Below are positions 63,045 through 64,000 of a DNA stretch of 64,000 nt, piece after piece. The stretch is taken from NCBI GenBank assembly GCA_964531785.1, contig CAZHFF010000001.1, forward strand, positions 293,997-357,996, given 5' to 3'. The position numbers and the translations under genes are program-made. Under the pieces are notes generated by a model, which saw nothing but the letters and a program-made list of their open reading frames with translations, ran no database searches and was not told the origin of the DNA. Positions within the stretch are counted from its first letter, which is position 1; each line of letters starts with the position of its first letter. The stretch is from an uncultured Candidatus Saccharibacteria bacterium. GTDB taxonomy: Bacteria > Patescibacteriota > Minisyncoccia > Phycocordibacterales > UBA12088.

Positions 63045-63683
63045 ATGGATCGACCTACTGCTATGCAAAAGACGATCTATTTCGTTAGGCACGGCGAAAC
63101 ACTGCTGAACCGTATGCAGGTGCACCAGTATCCGGAAACGCCGCTCACACCTCGGGGGAGGCAACAGGCAGCGGTCGCAGCTCTTACCCTGGCAGATCTG
63201 CGTGTCGAGGCGATCGTTTCGAGCGACCTCGTGCGCGCTGCGGAGACGGCCACGATCATCGCCCGACGGCTCGATGTGCCGCTAACGTACGCAGAGGAGT
63301 TTCGGGAGATACGGCGCCCCACCTCGCTGTGGGGCAAGCATCACGCCGGACTTGATTCACTGCTGTTCTTTGTGCGACACGCGCTGCACAACGTCTTTGG
63401 CCTGTACCCCCATGACCATGCGGAAACACTCCGTGAGTTCAAGGATCGCATAGATCGTGGACTTGACCTGCTTTTGTCGGTTGAGGCAGAGCGAGTTGCC
63501 GTGGTCACGCACCGTGGAGCAATATCGCTTCTTCGGGCGACCATGCATACCAGGGGGAAGGCGAATACCCTGCGACTCGCGTTCGCTTTTCTGCGGCTGT
63601 TTGCCATACAGAATGCGCAGATCGTTGTCGCTGAGCATGATGGGAGTAGGTGGCGCCTCGCGGAACCGAAAAGCAAAAAATAA
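63045..63683 (+). CDS. histidine phosphatase family protein (PGM-like), copy 2
   Basis: TIYFVRHGETLLN, SDLVRA and VVTHRGA. It is a tandem paralog of the preceding gene. Confidence 0.75.
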   Translation: MDRPTAMQKTIYFVRHGETLLNRMQVHQYPETPLTPRGRQQAAVAALTLADLRVEAIVSSDLVRAAETATIIARRLDVPLTYAEEFREIRRPTSLWGKHHAGLDSLLFFVRHALHNVFGLYPHDHAETLREFKDRIDRGLDLLLSVEAERVAVVTHRGAISLLRATMHTRGKANTLRLAFAFLRLFAIQNAQIVVAEHDGSRWRLAEPKSKK

Positions 63684-63706
63684 CTGGCGTTACAATCACC
63701 ATGCTC

Positions 63707-63734
63707 AAAAAAAAACCTGCGGCGGTGCCGCAGG
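63707..63734 (-). terminator. canonical rho-independent terminator for the minus-strand gene ending at 63741
   Basis: On the minus strand: cctgcggc-acc-gccgcagg followed by T9. Confidence 0.75.
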
Positions 63735-63740
63735 CTGAGC

Positions 63741-64000
63741 TCAATCGTCAGGCGAACCCTGTTTAATGCGGATACGAAGTTCGTCCGACCCGGGCAAAAA
63801 GTTGTACGGGGTGAGTGTGCGAGCTGCGGACGAGAACCAAAGCCCGTTTTTCTGTTTTAGGCCGAAAAAGAACGCACATCCGGTCGTCTTCGTGCCGGAG
63901 CCGGCCCAATCGATGTCTTTCGCGCGGTTGATCTCCTCGCCATTGCGGGTGATCACGAGCTCGCGTCCGATGAAGTCTTCAGCCTTGAGCGTCGAGAACT
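63741..64000 (-). CDS. hypothetical protein, C-terminal fragment (5' end outside window)
   Basis: The minus-strand frame is open from the window edge (..FSTLKAEDFIGRELVITRNGEEINRAKDIDWAGSG..) to the stop at 63741, and is followed by a hairpin plus T9 terminator. Confidence 0.4.
   Translation of the reverse strand, partial: FSTLKAEDFIGRELVITRNGEEINRAKDIDWAGSGTKTTGCAFFFGLKQKNGLWFSSAARTLTPYNFLPGSDELRIRIKQGSPDD

Noticed and set aside
1-64000. A search for CRISPR arrays, tRNA/rRNA genes, transposases, integrases, IS ends, reverse transcriptases, known defence-system genes, and UGA/UAG recoding.
   Set aside because: None was seen. There are no regularly spaced direct repeats, no T-loop or acceptor-stem patterns in the intergenic gaps, and no recombinase-like ORFs. 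Homologous proteins end at TGA, TAG and TAA where expected, so there is no sign of an alternative code. This was a manual scan, not an exhaustive one.

Overview
This is a 64-kb, gene-dense, high-GC bacterial chromosome segment (upper-50s % GC judged by eye, not computed). It reads with the standard genetic code: TGA, TAG and TAA all end homologous proteins where expected. I call about 58 protein-coding genes, almost all housekeeping. They include a gap-rpiB-rpe-like-split-transketolase sugar-phosphate cluster and frr, rseP and proS. There is an mreB-mreC-(mreD-like)-PBP2 rod-shape cluster, then greA, topA, dprA, dnaE, rnhB and rpmF, followed by a nusB-Nudix fusion, rnc, rpsP, a KH protein and trmD. 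Further on are rpoB-rpoC, dnaG, rpoD, a CPA2 antiporter, a UvrD-type helicase fused to a Cas4/AddB-type nuclease, ung, a VanY-type peptidase, mnmA and mgtC. The last third holds an M16 peptidase pair, ftsQ, a membrane-anchored Clp-like AAA+ protein, dus, pyrB, dnaX and two histidine phosphatases. I found no rRNA, tRNA, CRISPR array, transposase/integrase or recognisable defence system. The content fits a reduced-genome lineage such as Patescibacteria/CPR: split transketolase, ProRS without the INS domain, short DnaX, missing rimM/rplS, and many fused or eroded domains. That placement is inference only. The observations most worth a second look are: (1) a lower-GC, SD-led islet between trmD and rpoB with two divergent tandem paralogs of an unrecognised family, the second split at an A6 run; (2) two beta-carbonic-anhydrase-like paralogs directly upstream of the CPA2 antiporter; (3) a SerRS-like protein with an intact scaffold but replaced catalytic motifs, just upstream of ftsQ; (4) a DnaG whose zinc ribbon has lost all four ligands; (5) a recurrent TGcTAnACT box 6-7 nt upstream of ATG, suggesting many leaderless core genes, whereas the few accessory-looking genes use Shine-Dalgarno sites; (6) a perfect DnaA box and repeated TCCACAGA motifs bracketing the rpoB promoter. 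All coordinates for starts inside longer track ORFs come from residue counting and direct reading of the sequence. No database search was possible.
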